Of a DNA stretch of 64,000 nt, positions 1-16,375 are shown piece by piece; the stretch's first letter is position 1; the number at the start of each line of letters is the position of its first letter. The notes beneath the pieces were generated by a model. It did no database searches and had not been told where the DNA came from. It saw only the letters and a program-made list of their open reading frames with translations. Source of the stretch: Eledone cirrhosa (taxonomy: Eukaryota). The DNA lies in the NCBI GenBank assembly GCA_964016885.1, contig OZ024757.1, forward strand, positions 15,190,001-15,254,000, read 5' to 3'. Both the position numbers and the translations under genes were made by a program.

Positions 1-1215
1 AGTCATCAACACACACACAAGCCATCAACACACACACACACACACAAGTCATCAACACACACACACGCACACAAGCCATCAACACACACACACACAAGTC
101 ATCCATGCACTCACAAGTCATCAACACACACACACACGCACACAAGCCATCAACACACACACACACAGACAAGCCATCAACACACACACACACACCAAGT
201 CATCAACACACAAGTCAACACACACACACACAAGTCATCAGAGACACTCACTCACACACACACACCATTACACACACACACACACCAGTCATCAGAGACA
301 CACACTCACACACATCAGTCATCAGAGCACACACACTCACACCAGAGCACACACACTCACACACACCAGTCATCAGAGCACACACACTCACACACACCAG
401 TCATCAGAGCACACATACTCACACACACCAGTCATCAGAGCACACACACTCACACACACCAGTCATCAGAGCACACACACTCACACACACCAGTCATCAG
501 AGCACACACTCACACACACCAGTCATCAGAGCATACACACTGACACACACCAGTCATCAGAGCACACACACTGACACACACCAGTCATCAGAGACACACA
601 CTCACACACACCAGTCATCAGAGCACACACACTCACACACACCAGTCATCAGAGCACACACACTCACACACACCAGTCATCAGAGACACACACCAGTCAT
701 CAGAGCACACACACTCACACAGACCAGTCATCAGAGACACACACACTCACACACACCAGTCATCAGAGCACACACACTCACACACACCAGTCATCAGAGC
801 ACACACACTCACACACACCAGTCATCAGAGACACACACTCACACACACCAGTCATCAGAGCACACACACTCACACAGACCAGTCATCAGAGCACACACAC
901 TCACACACACCAGTTATCAGAGCACACACACTCACACACACCAGTCATCAGAGCACACACTCACACACACCTGTTATCAGAGCACACACACTCACACACA
1001 CCAGTCACCAGAGACACACACTCACACACACACTCACAGACACCAGTCATCAGAGACACACACTCACACACACCAGTCATCAGAGACACACACACTCACA
1101 CACACCAGTCACCAGAGACACACACTCACACACACCAGTCATCAGAGCACACACACTCACACACACACTCACACACACCAGTCATCAGAGCACACACACT
1201 CACACACACACCAGT
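1..1215. repeat. ~29-33 bp CA-rich minisatellite (ccagtcatcagagcacacacactcacacaca)n
   Basis: Direct tandem repetition; it explains the spurious His/Thr ORF 105-1340. Confidence 0.95.
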
Positions 1216-1389
1216 ACATACAATCACACAACACAGACTCTTTACAATGGAAAACAAACACTGGAAGATTTTCAAACAACTTTCTTCAAAGTACAAAAGT
1301 TACTTCTCAAACAACTTTAACAAATATAACTCTTAGATGAAATACACTCACACAGTGTGTGAACATATGAAATAATAATAATAATAATG

Positions 1390-2200
1390 ATTTCTAACAT
1401 AGGCACAAGGCCAGCAATTACCCAGTACATTACTGGTACTTTATTTTATCGACCCCGTAAGGATGAAAGGCAAAGTTAACCTCGGCGGGATTTGAACTCA
1501 AACTCGATAATAATTGTTTCTAGTTTAGGCACAAGGCCAGCAATTACCCAGTACATTACTGGTACTTTATTTTATCGACCCCGTAAGGATGAAAGGCAAA
1601 GTTAACCTCGGCGGGATTTGAACTCAAACTCGATAATAATTGTTTCTAGTTTAGGCACAAGGCCAGCAATTACCCAGTACATTACTGGTACTTTATTTTA
1701 TCGACCCCGTAAGGATGAAAGGCAAAGTTAACCTCGGCGGGATTTGAACTCAAACTCGATAATAATTGTTTCTACTTTAGGCACAAGGCCAGCAATTACC
1801 CAGTACATTACTGGTACTTTATTTTATCGACCCCGTAAGGATGAACGGCAAAGTTAACCTCGGCGGGATTTGAACTCAGACTGTAAAGGGACGTAACTAT
1901 GCTAGAAAACATGGCGTCCAACCCTCTACCGATACTGCCAATCCACTGCCCTTATATGAAATAATAATAATAATAATAATGATTTCTAACATAGGCACAA
2001 GGCCAGCAATTTGAAAGGAATGAGGGAAAGTCAATGAGATCGACTCCAGTGCATTACTGGTACTTTATTTTATCGACCTCGTAAGGATGAAAGGCAAAGT
2101 TGACCTTGGCAGGATTTGATCTCAGAACATAAAGAGCCATAGCTAAATACTGCAAAGTATTTTGTCTGATGCTCTACCGATTCTGTCACTCCACTGCCAT
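1390..2200 (-). mobile_element. Cluster of tRNA-derived SINEs (Nin/Deu-domain-like), including a 4 x 126-bp tandem amplification
   Basis: The minus strand has an A box (TGGCAGTATCGG), a B box (GAGTTCAAATCC), the core gcctttcatccttacggggtcgataaaataaagtaccag and an (ATT)n tail. aggcacaagg recurs at 1401, 1527, 1653 and 1779. Confidence 0.85.
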
Positions 2201-3264
2201 ATTAATAATAACAACAACAATAATGATAATGTTTGCTTCATTATACATACATTATACAAAATTAAAACATACTTATTTCTAATCTAAAACAGAGAATTTC
2301 TGTAATTAAACACTTATCTGTATTTTAAAGAAAATTTCAATAATTTTCCAATCTTTTTTTATATCTAGCTATATAGATTTTCATATTTATGTATGTCTGG
2401 TTTATATTGTCATTCTTGTTGTATTAATATTACTGTTAATGATACAATTAGTTTCTATTGAAACCTGAATATAATTTGTCCTCAATGCAGTGTTTCTGAA
2501 GATGAAAAGCCAAAGAAATCCTTGTGTGAGTGTTTGATATGAATCAGTTATTTTACTCTTTTGATACCAAACTGCCCCTAGTTCTATATTACAACACGGT
2601 TTATTTCAAAGTATTTATATTTATCTAAAACCTTTCCATTGTGATTTTTATGTATGAACAATAAATCCTTCTTAATTCTCAGTTATTTTCAAAATTATTT
2701 ACAAATTATAGGTGGTATCTTTCTTTAGAAATGTGGTAACAAAAGGGTCATGTAAGAACATCGGTTATATTCCAAAGATCAGCTCAATACTAAGAAAGTT
2801 AGATATTACTAAATATACTACTAAATCCCTCTTAATTTTAGGTTTTTTTCAAAACTATTTGTATGTCTTAAATAATATATTATTTTAGAAAATGGTAACA
2901 AAATGGTTAACTACCTTTCTGATTTAAAAATACTAACTTGAAAGGAATGTATTATTTCTATGTCTGCTGTGGAATAAAGTTGATTATTTTAACAAATAAA
3001 TATGTTGGTTCTTTTGGCAAGGATTTTTCACAAGATGATAAAAAAAAAATTTTTAATGGAAATATAATGAAATTATTGTTATCACAGAAGTTTGGGTTTC
3101 GAAATTTAAGATTAAATTTTACTTTGAAATGTTAATCAGATATCGAACAAACAAGTTCAAAGTTATCTGCTGCTATAGATAACGATGTGGTTTATTAAAA
3201 TCTGATTTTCACTGGAAAGTAACTCGTTAATCTTTTCTCTTTAGAAAACTCCTCTCTTTCTGAG

Positions 3265-3297
<33 letters not shown>

Positions 3298-3589
3298 CAT
3301 ATATATATCATTAACAAAAAGACATTAGGCATTCCACAATAAACTATATCTGATTTGTCTCTAGATTTTCCATCTCCAGATCAAATTATTTAACAGACTC
3401 ACATATATTAAATACAACATAACAAATGTGAAAGAAATGTTATCACATATTATCATTATAGACTAATATAAATTACTTCAAATCCACTACACTATTTCCC
3501 CTTATTTTATACAGTATGACAATATCGCTATAGCTAAGAGCATCTTTCTTTATGAGCAAGGCTAAGGTTTTACCTGGATAGCCTTATCC

Positions 3590-4021
3590 TTAACCCTTTT
3601 GATATCAACCACATAAAACCACCCCTGGTTCTATGAGATAAAACGGTTTATTTTATAGTGGTTATATTTATATAAATATTTAAAAAAATTCTATGATAAT
3701 TTTATGTAAGAAACTTTGTTAAATTGTGTTCCAAATACAAACTTGATAAGGAGAATGCTCACTATATTACCAAATCTATTCAAATTCTTGATTATTTTCA
3801 AAATTATTTTAGAATTATAAGCTGTATCTTTCATTAGAAATATGGTAGCAAAAGAGTTAAAGACTTATGTTTATCTAAAAGCCTTCCATCATAATTTTAT
3901 GGTAGAACCTTTGTTAGGTTATGTTCCAAGCATGAACTTACTAATGAAACACTAATTATATTACTAAATCCACTCAAATTCTTGATTATTTTCATTAGAA
4001 ATATAGTAACGAAGGGGTTAA
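3590..4021. mobile_element. piggyBac-type MITE, family B (one full copy plus a partial duplicate)
   Basis: ttaacccttttgatatc ... atggtagcaaaagagttaa. Related pieces at ~2553-2910, 31215-31468, 31830-32040, 38806-39390 and 41305-41510. Confidence 0.65.
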
Positions 4022-4224
4022 CTAGTCGTTAACAAAAGGAGTATGGTAGTAATTAATTATAAATCTAGTGTAAATGTAATTACAAGGGTGGAAAAGGAAG
4101 ATTATTAATATTTTGGGCTGGGGTGTTAAGTCAAGATAGCTTGAAATCAGAACATAAAGGGCCGTAACTCTATGACATAAAGCATGTTGTCCAATGCTCT
4201 ATCAATATTGCCAATCCAATAATA

Positions 4225-4408
4225 ATTGTTTCTATTTTTGGCACAAGGCCAGCTATTACCCCAGTGTATTATTGGTACTTTATTTTATCGACCCCATAAG
4301 AATGAACAGCAAAGTTAACCTCGGCGGGATTTGAACTCAGACTATCAAAGGGTCGTAACTCTTTGCTGCAGGGCATGGCGTCCGACTCTCTACCGATACT
4401 GCCACCAA
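4225..4408 (-). mobile_element. tRNA-derived SINE, same family
   Basis: Same consensus, with A and B boxes. Confidence 0.8.
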
Positions 4409-4526
4409 TAATAATACTATATAAGTTGTATATTGGATTCTTTCTTCCAGGGGATAAAATACACTTAACTATACCTGTCTAAAGTTTCATCGATTATATA
4501 GAAGTAATTATTACTATTCAATTTAA

Positions 4527-4731
4527 CCCTTTAGTATTTACATTACTCTATATGTACTATTGTATTGTGGTAAACGCTTTATATAACATAATATCAAATC
4601 TACAAGATTTTGATGTTATTTATTTTGAGAATAATACGTTAACATCCGTATGAGTGGCTAGTTACGGCCAGTTTGAACAGAAAGAGGCGAGAGAATTCTG
4701 GCCAGATACGGCCAGTTTAAATACAAAAGGG
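4527..4731. mobile_element. piggyBac-type MITE, family A
   Basis: ttaa|ccctttagtattta ... aaatacaaaaggg|ttaa with the same internal sequence. Confidence 0.8.
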
Positions 4732-6006
4732 TTAAGGGATATTATTTTGAAGTGGTACACTTGTTGAGCTTTACATTACAACTATTTATGGATAGTCTAC
4801 AGTATCATATAAACATCTCACACAGTTTAAAATGGCTAGAATGGAGAATTTTCAAAATATAACTTTATTTGTGTTATATTTTGTTTGTTTTGCGTGTTGT
4901 TTTCATATTTTATGTCATTATGATTTTCAATAGAATGTTTTGTTAAAGTCATTTAACTGTTATGCCTGATAAAAACAACAACAAAATAATCTAAACTATA
5001 TTATCAAAATAAGGGACCATAAATGAGGCTCCTAGATAAAATCACTTTTCCTTGGCTTCAACCTAGAGGTAGAGTGGGTGATACTAATAATGTATTAATT
5101 TTATCAACTTTATGAGGATGAAGTTAAGGGGTTAAGTCAAGCCCAGACCAGACTCAAATTGAGAAGGGCAATGTTTCACATCTATTATAATTATTATGAC
5201 AATATTTGTAAATAACCATCAGAGCGTAGAGTGAGTTGAAATGCTTAGAAAATGTGGAAAATCTCAAACAAGGAAATAACTATGAACACAGCATTGAAAA
5301 TCAGGTAAAATACCCCTATAGATGAAAAAAAATGGCTAGTAACTGTTACATAGAATTAAACTATACCTCTGTAGCAGCTGCTAACCACTTTGTTCTGTCT
5401 ATAGGGGTATATTACCTGATTTTCTAAGCTCTGTTCACAATTATTTCCTGTGTTCAAAATTTTCTACATTTTTCTAAGTATCATTATTATTATTATAATA
5501 TATATATTTTTTGTCTGTTTTCTTTTTTTCTTTTTCTTTTTACCAGAGCTATTTCCCCCTGATTAGAGTGAAACTTTGTTTAAGTGCCATGTTTTATAGA
5601 AATGTGTAGGGTGAAAGAGTAAACGTGAAAAATATAAGAGAACAAAATACACCACACAATTCAGTATACAACACAAGATGAAATCTGCAAAAAAATGAAA
5701 GTTTGCAGAAATATATGCAGAAGAGAATCAGTTAAAATACTTTTCACAATCACACAATTTTCTATGTAAAGAGAAGAAAAGAAAAAAGTAGAAAGGTTTT
5801 AGAATAAAACTATTAACTATTTTTCCTTAATTTTCATCTGAATACTGATGGAGTTTAAAATTAGAAGATAATTATAGGAAATATTTTAAACACTTTATAT
5901 TATTATTATCACAAATTTTCCTTGAGAATAACTATATTTGGTGACCAGTATTGTTGATTTAAATGAGGATAAAGGCAAATTTGTAAACCTAGCAAACCAG
6001 AAGGCA

Positions 6007-6007
<1 letters not shown>

Positions 6008-6041
<34 letters not shown>

Positions 6042-6600
6042 TATATATATTTATTTTTATATATATATATATACATATATATATTTATATATATATATAT
6101 ATACATGTATACATACATACATTTATATATATATATATACATATTTATTTATATATATACATACATTTACATATATACATATATATATATATTTATATAT
6201 ACTTACATATATATAATCACATACAAATATATATACATATGTATATTTATATATACTTATATATGTATACTTATATATATATATATGCTAACTTAAGCTA
6301 TCTTAAAGATAACATTTTGGCAGTGACATGTGCTTTCTATACAGCGATATAGGTATATTCTACACATACACCCACACATATACATATATATAGATACATA
6401 TATATACATATATACATATATATATATGAATACATGTATATATACATTTATATATACATATGTATACATGTATATTTACATATATATATATATATGTATA
6501 TATATATACATACATAGATATATATGCATAAACACATAGATACATACATATGTATACAAGGTGTACTGGGTGTGTTGTTTTCATGGCTGCAATATGATAT

Positions 6601-6671
<71 letters not shown>

Positions 6672-6851
6672 ATATATATATATATGTATAGATATGTATG
6701 CATGTTTGTGCATATGAATGTAAAGTTATATATCTTACTGTCGGTCCCTGTTTGGAAACTTTCAGCATTCATAATTAATCTGCACTTTAAATATGTATTG
6801 AGTTCTCTTTTCTTTAGAGGTAGTAATATGTTGCACACTGTAATTAATCTG

Positions 6852-6906
<55 letters not shown>

Positions 6907-6984
6907 CACACGTTTATAGATACACACACGCATATATAAGCATACATATATATTCATTAATATACACATTAACATGCACACACA

Positions 6985-7049
<65 letters not shown>

Positions 7050-7117
7050 ATATATATGTATACATGTGTATATATATATATATATATATACATACATGTA
7101 TATATATATATGTATAT

Positions 7118-7216
<99 letters not shown>

Positions 7217-7219
7217 CAT

Positions 7220-7286
<67 letters not shown>

Positions 7287-7319
7287 CATACATACATATA
7301 TATATACATACATACATAC

Positions 7320-7350
<31 letters not shown>

Positions 7351-7845
7351 CATACATACATACATATATATATATGTGTGTATATATATATATATATATA
7401 CACACATATATGCTCACCTGATATATAGTTAATACAGGTATATACAGGGCCAATTTTAATTAGTTTGGGCAGATACTGTAGAGAAGAACAAAGACAATAA
7501 CAATTACTTACATATATAATCTAGAATTCACTATGATGTGGCCATAGGACCCCACTCATTTGGACATCTTGAATTTTAAGGCCCCAATACCTATTGCATG
7601 TTGGAATATTAAATGAACAAAAGTAGTTAAGTTTTTTTGGTAAATTATTAAAACAACTAATAAATATTTAAACAACGATTGACTTCAGAAGCATTGGGAA
7701 AATTTGACATTGAAATATGAGCCCCTCCCAATGCAAATAACTACAATGATAGTCAATGGCTATAAATCACATAAAATACTTCTGCTGATGGATAGAAGTG
7801 GACAGATTTGTATCGGTCAACCTTTTTTCATCTCCATGGGTACTT

Positions 7846-7892
<47 letters not shown>

Positions 7893-8959
7893 CACATATA
7901 TATATGTAAGTATACATGTTTGTATTGATCCATATATATATACATGTATGCATTTATATGTACATTTATATAAATGTATAAATGTATGCATGTGTGTATA
8001 TATATATATATTTGTACACACACAGATATATATATGTATATACATATATAGGAAACATATCTATATATTGTTTATAGTAATCAACTACAATTATTACAAT
8101 GGTCATTTGTGTTGAGATGCACACATTTCAAAGTTCTAATAAATGTTTAATTAATTAATTAATCTTAAGTTAAATTCAATCAGGCAATAATTAGTATTAA
8201 TTCTGAAGAAAATAGTTTGGTTGTGCATAGTATTATAGTAAAAAGTTAACAGAAGTGAATTTTAGAAATGAATAGATTTCAATAATGTCATGTTAAATTG
8301 AATGGACCTTCACCAGTTTCTACGATGAGTGTTCCAGTTGTTTAATTAATGGAACAGCCTGGTCATATAATTAATGTGTATGTGGCTGAGCATCCCACAG
8401 GCATCCCACCAGTATGCCTGGTGTGACATTCTCAGGGAGATTCACCATGACACTGTGCAATAAGGCTTGACCCTTAGAATTACAGGGAACAGCCTGGTCA
8501 TGTCATCAACGTGTGACTGAGCATTCCCCAGACATGTGTATGCCTTAGCGATATTCTCAGGGAGATTCACCATGACACAGCTTGTCCCTTTGAATTACAG
8601 GAAACAGTCCATCCGACGGGCTTCCAAACAGTTTCCATCTACCCAGTTTTATTCACAAGGCATGGGTCAACCTGAGGCTATGCGGAATAACACTTGCCCA
8701 AGATGCCATGCAGTTGGATTGAACCCAGGAGTTAAATTCCATACTGCATCCATATTTTATTTAATGATATATAGTAGAGAGAAGAGAATTCACCAGAATT
8801 GGAGAAGAAAGATTTTTGACTGCGTTTGGACAATGGTTTTATATTGTTTTACTGGAATCACCAAATAAAGTTAAAAAGTTAAAATTCAATTCTATTTTTT
8901 TTTATCTTTTCATTTTAACCTTTCTTTTTTTTCCTTATATTTTATAAATCTACTTTTGT

Positions 8960-9005
<46 letters not shown>

Positions 9006-9335
9006 TAGGTATATATATATATACATATATATATATGTACATATATATATGTATATATATATATATATATATATACATACACATGTATATATATACATAC
9101 ACATGTACATATATATACATACACATGTACATATATATATACATACACATGTACATATATATACATACACATGTACATATATATATACATACACATGTAT
9201 ATATATATGTATATATATATACACACACATGTACATATATATATGTATATACATATATATATATATGCATACACATGTATATATATATATGTATATATAT
9301 ATGCATATATATATATACATACACATGTACATATA

Positions 9336-9381
<46 letters not shown>

Positions 9382-9428
9382 CACATGCATATATATATAT
9401 GTATTTATATATATACATACACATGTAC

Positions 9429-9466
<38 letters not shown>

Positions 9467-9720
9467 TTATATACATACACATGTATATACATACACACAT
9501 ATATATATATATATATATAAAACATATATAGCTTACATTATTTGAATTTGTTAGAAGTTCATTTGAATAACCCCACCCCCAACACCCACTTCAGAATGGA
9601 TAAAACTGGTTTGAGTGAAATACTGATGAGGGAGGTAAATAAAATGAAGATAGTAATATAATAATGCAATAAGAACACATCAATTAGTATTACTGTTAGC
9701 TAAGATGATTAATTATATAT

Positions 9721-9764
<44 letters not shown>

Positions 9765-9803
9765 GCATATTTATATATATATATATGCATGTATATATAC
9801 ACA

Positions 9804-9865
<62 letters not shown>

Positions 9866-10013
9866 TGTATATATATATGTATACATGTGTCTATATATAT
9901 ACATATATATATGTATACATGTGTTTATATATATATATATATATATATGTATACATGTGTCTATGTATATATACATATATATATGTATACATGTGTCTAT
10001 ATATATATATACG

Positions 10014-10058
<45 letters not shown>

Positions 10059-10152
10059 TATAAATATATATGTATACATGTGTCTATATATATACATATA
10101 TATATATATATACGTATATATATGTATACATGTGTCTATATATATATATACG

Positions 10153-10191
<39 letters not shown>

Positions 10192-10796
10192 TATACATAT
10201 ATACGTATATATATATAATATATGTCCCACCCATGCAAGCAGGGAAAAGCGGACGTAATATGGTGATGATGATGATGATGATGATATATATATATATATA
10301 TATATAAATATATACATATATATATATATATAACATATCTAACCATTGAGAGGAAATATTTCATCATATTTTTTTTGACTGTAAGGAATAGAAGTGACTG
10401 CTTTGTGACAATTAGTGGAAAAAGGATCATTAAAATTTCCAGATAAAAAATAACCAATTAGTATTTTCTGTTAGACAGAACTACTAGGCAATATTAATGG
10501 AAGTAAATTAATAGATTAATTAGTTAAATGAATTACAATCACAGCCTCTTTTTTCTTTCTTTTTTTTTTTAGTTATTTCTTAGCAAAAGCTCCACATTTT
10601 TTAGGGGTGGGGGAAAAGGGGATGTTTGCAGATGGGGTCGGGTCGGGTTGGGGGAGCATTCAGCATTTTGGATGTTTTTTTTTTTTTTCACTTTTTTTTT
10701 TCACTTTTTTTTTCATTTGAAATAATAATAATAATAATAATATTGATAATGATTTCTTAATAATAATACTTGTCATTGGATGGTAATTTCTCAATA

Positions 10797-10846
<50 letters not shown>

Positions 10847-10898
10847 AGAAACATTTATAAGTGGAATTATTCCTGATATAAAAAAATCAGATGAATAA

Positions 10899-10935
<37 letters not shown>

Positions 10936-11165
10936 CATATATATATATATATACATACATATATATATGTATATATACATATATATGCTTAGATTGTGTA
11001 TGTGTGTGTTTATGTTAATTTCTTACTAGCTTGTCAGGTAGGCAGGCATATTTTTGGCAGGGCCAGGGCAGTCTGTTCATGTTGTATCAGAAAGTGGCCA
11101 CTTGTTATATAATCCTTTTAAAAATCCTCACAACAAACAACATCAAACTGCATATATATATACAT

Positions 11166-11217
<52 letters not shown>

Positions 11218-11785
11218 ATGTATATATATATATGTATATGTATATATATCATCTGTATATGTATATATATGATACATATATACATATATATATCTATATA
11301 TATATATATATATATACAGATGATATATATGTATATATGTATCATATATATACATATACAGATGATATATATACATATATATATATAGATATATATATGT
11401 ATATATGTATCATATATATACATATACAGATGATATATATACATATACATATATATATATACATATATATATATATGATGTATATGTATATACATATATA
11501 TATATGATATATATATATATACATATATATGATATATATATATACATATATATATACACACATATATATATATGATACATATATATATATACACACATAT
11601 ATATATATGATACATATATATATACATATATATACACATATATATATATATACACATATATATACATATATATATACACACATATATATATATATGATAT
11701 ATATATATAAATACACACATATATATATATATGTATATATACATATATATATATATGATATATATATATATATGATATATATATG

Positions 11786-11821
<36 letters not shown>

Positions 11822-11922
11822 GTGTGTGTTTGTGTGTGTTTGCAAAGCTAGATTTGGCGAAACACTTAAGTAACTTTTACCTCATAAAAAGAAATAATGT
11901 TCATATATGTGTATGTATGTGC

Positions 11923-11958
<36 letters not shown>

Positions 11959-12610
11959 ACATACATCATCCATATATATGTTTGTGTACATACATACATA
12001 TAAGTATGCATATATATATACATACACACAGACATATGAATGTACACGTACACAAAATATACATGTACACACATATACATAAGTCTGCATAATATATATG
12101 TGCTATAAAATTTATATACACATATAGACTACATTCATTTATGTATATATAATATACAATTATATGTATATACATATGATGTACATAAACATGAGTACAT
12201 ATAATGTAATACAAGTATTGCTTATGTGTGAATACATACATACATTTCCTATGATCACGTAACGTCTAGAAACTTGTAATTCAGCAGCAAATATAATAGT
12301 AGTAGTAGAAGTAGTAGTAGTAGATTAAATAAAAATAAATAAATTGAGAATATTTTTTTAAGGGTGGGGCAAATTGGAATAGATTTTTCTATATTTTCTG
12401 ATAATTACTTAGGTAGTTCTACTTTTGGGCTTTTTTTTGTTTTTCAAAGAACACAATATTCTAATTTTTCTAATTTGCATATTTCAGTTCTATACTGAAC
12501 AAATAAGTTATTTATTTATATATTTATTTTCTATTACCTCTTTTTTCGTTTCACACTTCCCTTAAAAAAAAAAGATAAAAATAAATAGCAGAATCAATAC
12601 AGTTGATGAA

Positions 12611-12664
<54 letters not shown>

Positions 12665-12685
12665 AATATATATATATATATGTAA

Positions 12686-12716
<31 letters not shown>

Positions 12717-12742
12717 TATATGTATATATATATGTATATATG

Positions 12743-12775
<33 letters not shown>

Positions 12776-13680
12776 ATATGCATGCATGTGTATATATATA
12801 TATGTTATATATATATATATATACATATATGATTATAACTCTGAAAAAGTCGCACGCCTCCATTTTAAAGGTAACAAATACAATGTACCATGCGTTTGGA
12901 ATTGAGGTTTTGAAAGTCCAGTAGATTAGTCACATGATGGTTTCCCATGTATTTTCATGGAAAGAAGTGCGACTTATATTATTTGATATTTTAGCTGTAT
13001 AACTTCTTATGGCTTCACCCCAAACTATGGAATATGAGCAACAATATAACTTACTATTGTATATATGACTTAAAATCTCTGATGAACTAATTTCTAATAT
13101 GTCATATCACAGATCTTTTCCAACCACAAGATTTTTGACATTTCTTCAAAGGCTTACACTGCCATCAAACTTATCAAATTGGTTGGAACGTTTTGTATAA
13201 ATCAAAAATAATTTTTTGTCTTTAATAAATAATGCTTCAAATTACAAATGAACCTGTAATTTTTTTCCTTTCTTTTAAACCAAAAAAATATACATTTTAT
13301 TTAATAATATAAACATTAATTCTTTCATTTTCTGTCACTACAATTTAGGTACAATATTGCTTGGAACTTTATGAAGAGAACATTAATAATAATATTATTA
13401 ATAATATGAGAAAGTTTTCAATATTTGATGAGGAATAAAGCATAATTCTATTGGTGCAAGCATGGTAGTGCAGTTAAGAATTTCACTTTGCAATTGCATG
13501 GTTCCAATTTTGATCCCAATGCGTGGCATTTTGGTGTTATATCAGAACATTGGGTTAACCAATGCATCATATGTGGAATTTGTTAGATAGCGACTGTGTG
13601 CAGAAGTCCATTGTATGAAAACACACATATATATATATATGTTTATATATATATATATATGTATGTATATAATGTATATA

Positions 13681-13721
<41 letters not shown>

Positions 13722-14257
13722 CACACACACATATATGTATATATCCTATCTATATCTCCCTCTATATATATGTATTTATATAAACAAATAAGCCAATACA
13801 GAGAGAGGAAATGATTGTAATAGCTGCAGTACCAGTAATACTTGTGGAATTTGATATAAGACTCAAGAGTTCTAGCTAAACAGATTATTTCATTCATTTT
13901 GGATAAGGTGTAACAACTATCAGATATCTGCAAAATTATTTCTAGCTGTAGACTACTTACTCTTCTGGAATAAGGGTTCCCTTAATTTCAATTCCAGTAC
14001 AGTTCATTCAGTGTATATATATATATATATATATATACGTATATCTATCTCTACGTATGAATATACATGTGTGTATATATATATATATAAACATATATAT
14101 ATATATACACATATGTATGTATACATATATATATAAGTATATATATATATATAAACATATATATATATATACACATATGTAAGTACACATATATATATAT
14201 ATCAGTATATATATATATATATATACAGATATGTATACATATATATATATGAGTATA

Positions 14258-14294
<37 letters not shown>

Positions 14295-14330
14295 GTGTAT
14301 ACACACACACATATATGCATATGTATATCT
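6008..14330. repeat. Dense (TA)n/(TACA)n/(CA)n microsatellite blocks
   Basis: Long runs at 6008-7410, 8958-10335, 10800-12240, 12614-12830 and 13620-14330; source of the YI-repeat ORFs. Confidence 0.95.
8310..8735. mobile_element. Composite dispersed repeat (SINE-like) with an internal duplication
   Basis: ggaacagcctggtca...ctgagcat...attctcagggagattcaccatgacac...gaattacagg occurs twice, followed by a minus-strand CORE-like SINE fragment. Confidence 0.55.
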
Positions 14331-15334
14331 GACAAAGTTTGTGCGATAAAAGATTCTGTGTCACAGATTGCTTATTCTTTTTTTTTTTAAAAGAAGAAAT
14401 CCCAGTTATTCCCTTCTACTAACCCAGGGTACTAAATGAACAAGATTTAATTACCAGGATGACTCTGTGAAAGATTGGAAAAACAAAAATAATGAAACAC
14501 TAAATAAAATGGCAAGAGACTGCCACATTATCTTCTGGCAGGATAAGAGAAGGCTGTGTAAATATTGAAACCAATTATTGGTTGTTAACGTAATCTGTCC
14601 ACAGAGAAATAATATACTTGTTTGCTTTTGAAATCATCCAATCTTGAAATAATCTTGTTGAGATAAAAAAATGTAATAATGCAATTTCCAACAATTAATA
14701 ATTAATATTGTCAATTTTTGCATTATTATGAATATGAATACTAGTCATTCCTTTTTGGGGGCATGGGTGGTTGGGCAGGGGCTTTATAATATAAGTCAGA
14801 CATTATTAGATATCTATTCTCGTCGATATATATAAATATCTCTCTCTTACAATTGTTATTCTCACTGTATAGCACTTTCAAGTAATTTGTTATAAACATA
14901 ATATACACAGATTATTGGCTATTCATTCTTCTGGGGAGATAATTTTATATTTTCAAGTACTTATTTAATAAACATAATACAGACACACAATTTGGTATCT
15001 ATTTTTCTCTAGGTATAAACATTCCTTTCTTCTAATTATTGTTCTCACTGTATAACAATCTGGGAAGGGAGCAATTGTAGCAGGGAGGAGGAAGGATCTG
15101 TAGAAATATTCATTTAAATAAAAGGGGTCCTTGTGAGAGAAAACGGTTGGGAAACATTGCAATAGAACAAGTATTGAAACTCTCATGTCTATTAGAACAA
15201 ACACAAGCAAAAGTATTAAGTAATGAAATTTTAGGAAGCTTATATTTAGTTTTTTATATATCACCTAACACCTTATAATTATTGGATTTTTTTGTTTGTT
15301 TCAAGTACCATCATCTTATTTATAAACTCGATTA

Positions 15335-15662
15335 TCAGAGTTGCTACAGGTAGAGCTGCTACTTCTCCGAATTGAGAGATCACAGTTCCAATACTATGGG
15401 CATGTGGTTAGAATCTCTAGGGAAAGAATCACTGGACATATTTTACAGGCAAAACCAACCAGCAGGAGACCTAGGGGTAGACCCCGAGCAAGATGGTTGG
15501 ATAACATCCATGAGCTCAGCTCTGGTCTCACTTGGGGATCTAGCCGGATCAATTGGAGACGGTTGCTTCTGACAGGACCCACTGGCATGAGTGTTTGAGG
15601 ACTCTGCCCCCACGACCCTCTCAGGAATAAGTGGGCAAAGAAGAAGAAAAAGAAGAAGAAAA
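15335..15662 (+). mobile_element. RTE-like (Expander/Rex3-type) LINE 3' fragment
   Basis: LLLLRIERSQFQYYGHVVR...AKPTSRRPRGRPRARWLDNI followed by an (AAG)n tail. Confidence 0.75.
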
Positions 15663-15869
15663 TTATCAAAGTGAATGTTTGATAGTTTGATAATGAATTA
15701 TTTCATCCATAATGTTAGATGCATTTTTAGAAGTTACGTGACCAATAAAAATATGTATTTTTATGTTGGAAGAAAAACACACACGTACAAAAAAAAAGCT
15801 ATTGAAAAATCTTTTTTTTTTTAAATATAAAGAAAAGGCAACTGCCATTATCGCAAGACTGAGGCACAG

Positions 15870-15902
<33 letters not shown>

Positions 15903-15904
<2 letters not shown>

Positions 15905-16110
15905 GTTTCTGATTTAGGCCCAAGGCCAGCAATTTGGGGGGGAAGTCGATTAAATCGACCCCAGTGTGTGACTGGTACTTTATTTTATCGACCTCGTAAG
16001 GATGAAAGGCAAAGCTAACCTCGGCGGGATTTGAACTCAGAGCATAAAGGGCCGCAACTATGTGCTGCAAAGCATTGCTGTCCGACGCTCTACCGACACT
16101 GCCAATCCCT
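15903..16110 (-). mobile_element. tRNA-derived SINE, same family (full length)
   Basis: Same consensus, next to an (AAT)n run. Confidence 0.85.
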
Positions 16111-16324
16111 CCAACCTTTAATAATAACAAACACTACTACTAATAATAATAATAACAACTCTTTGTGAAATGGACACATTCACCAAATTTCTTGACAAAC
16201 TTTCAACTTGATTAATAATTAACATGAAGGAACATTAAAGGATTATTATTATTATTATTATTATTTAGCACTGAAGAAGGAAAAAATACAAGAAACAATG
16301 TGCACAAAATAAATTGTATGTATG

Positions 16325-16375
<51 letters not shown>

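Noticed and set aside
105-1340. 411-aa His/Thr-rich ORF
   Set aside because: It is the translation of a CA-rich minisatellite and has no gene structure.
5909-14364. Many [12 protein letters not shown] ORFs (also at 40.8-43.5, 49-54.8 and 60-63 kb)
   Set aside because: Stop-free (TA)n and (TG)n microsatellites give open frames on both strands.
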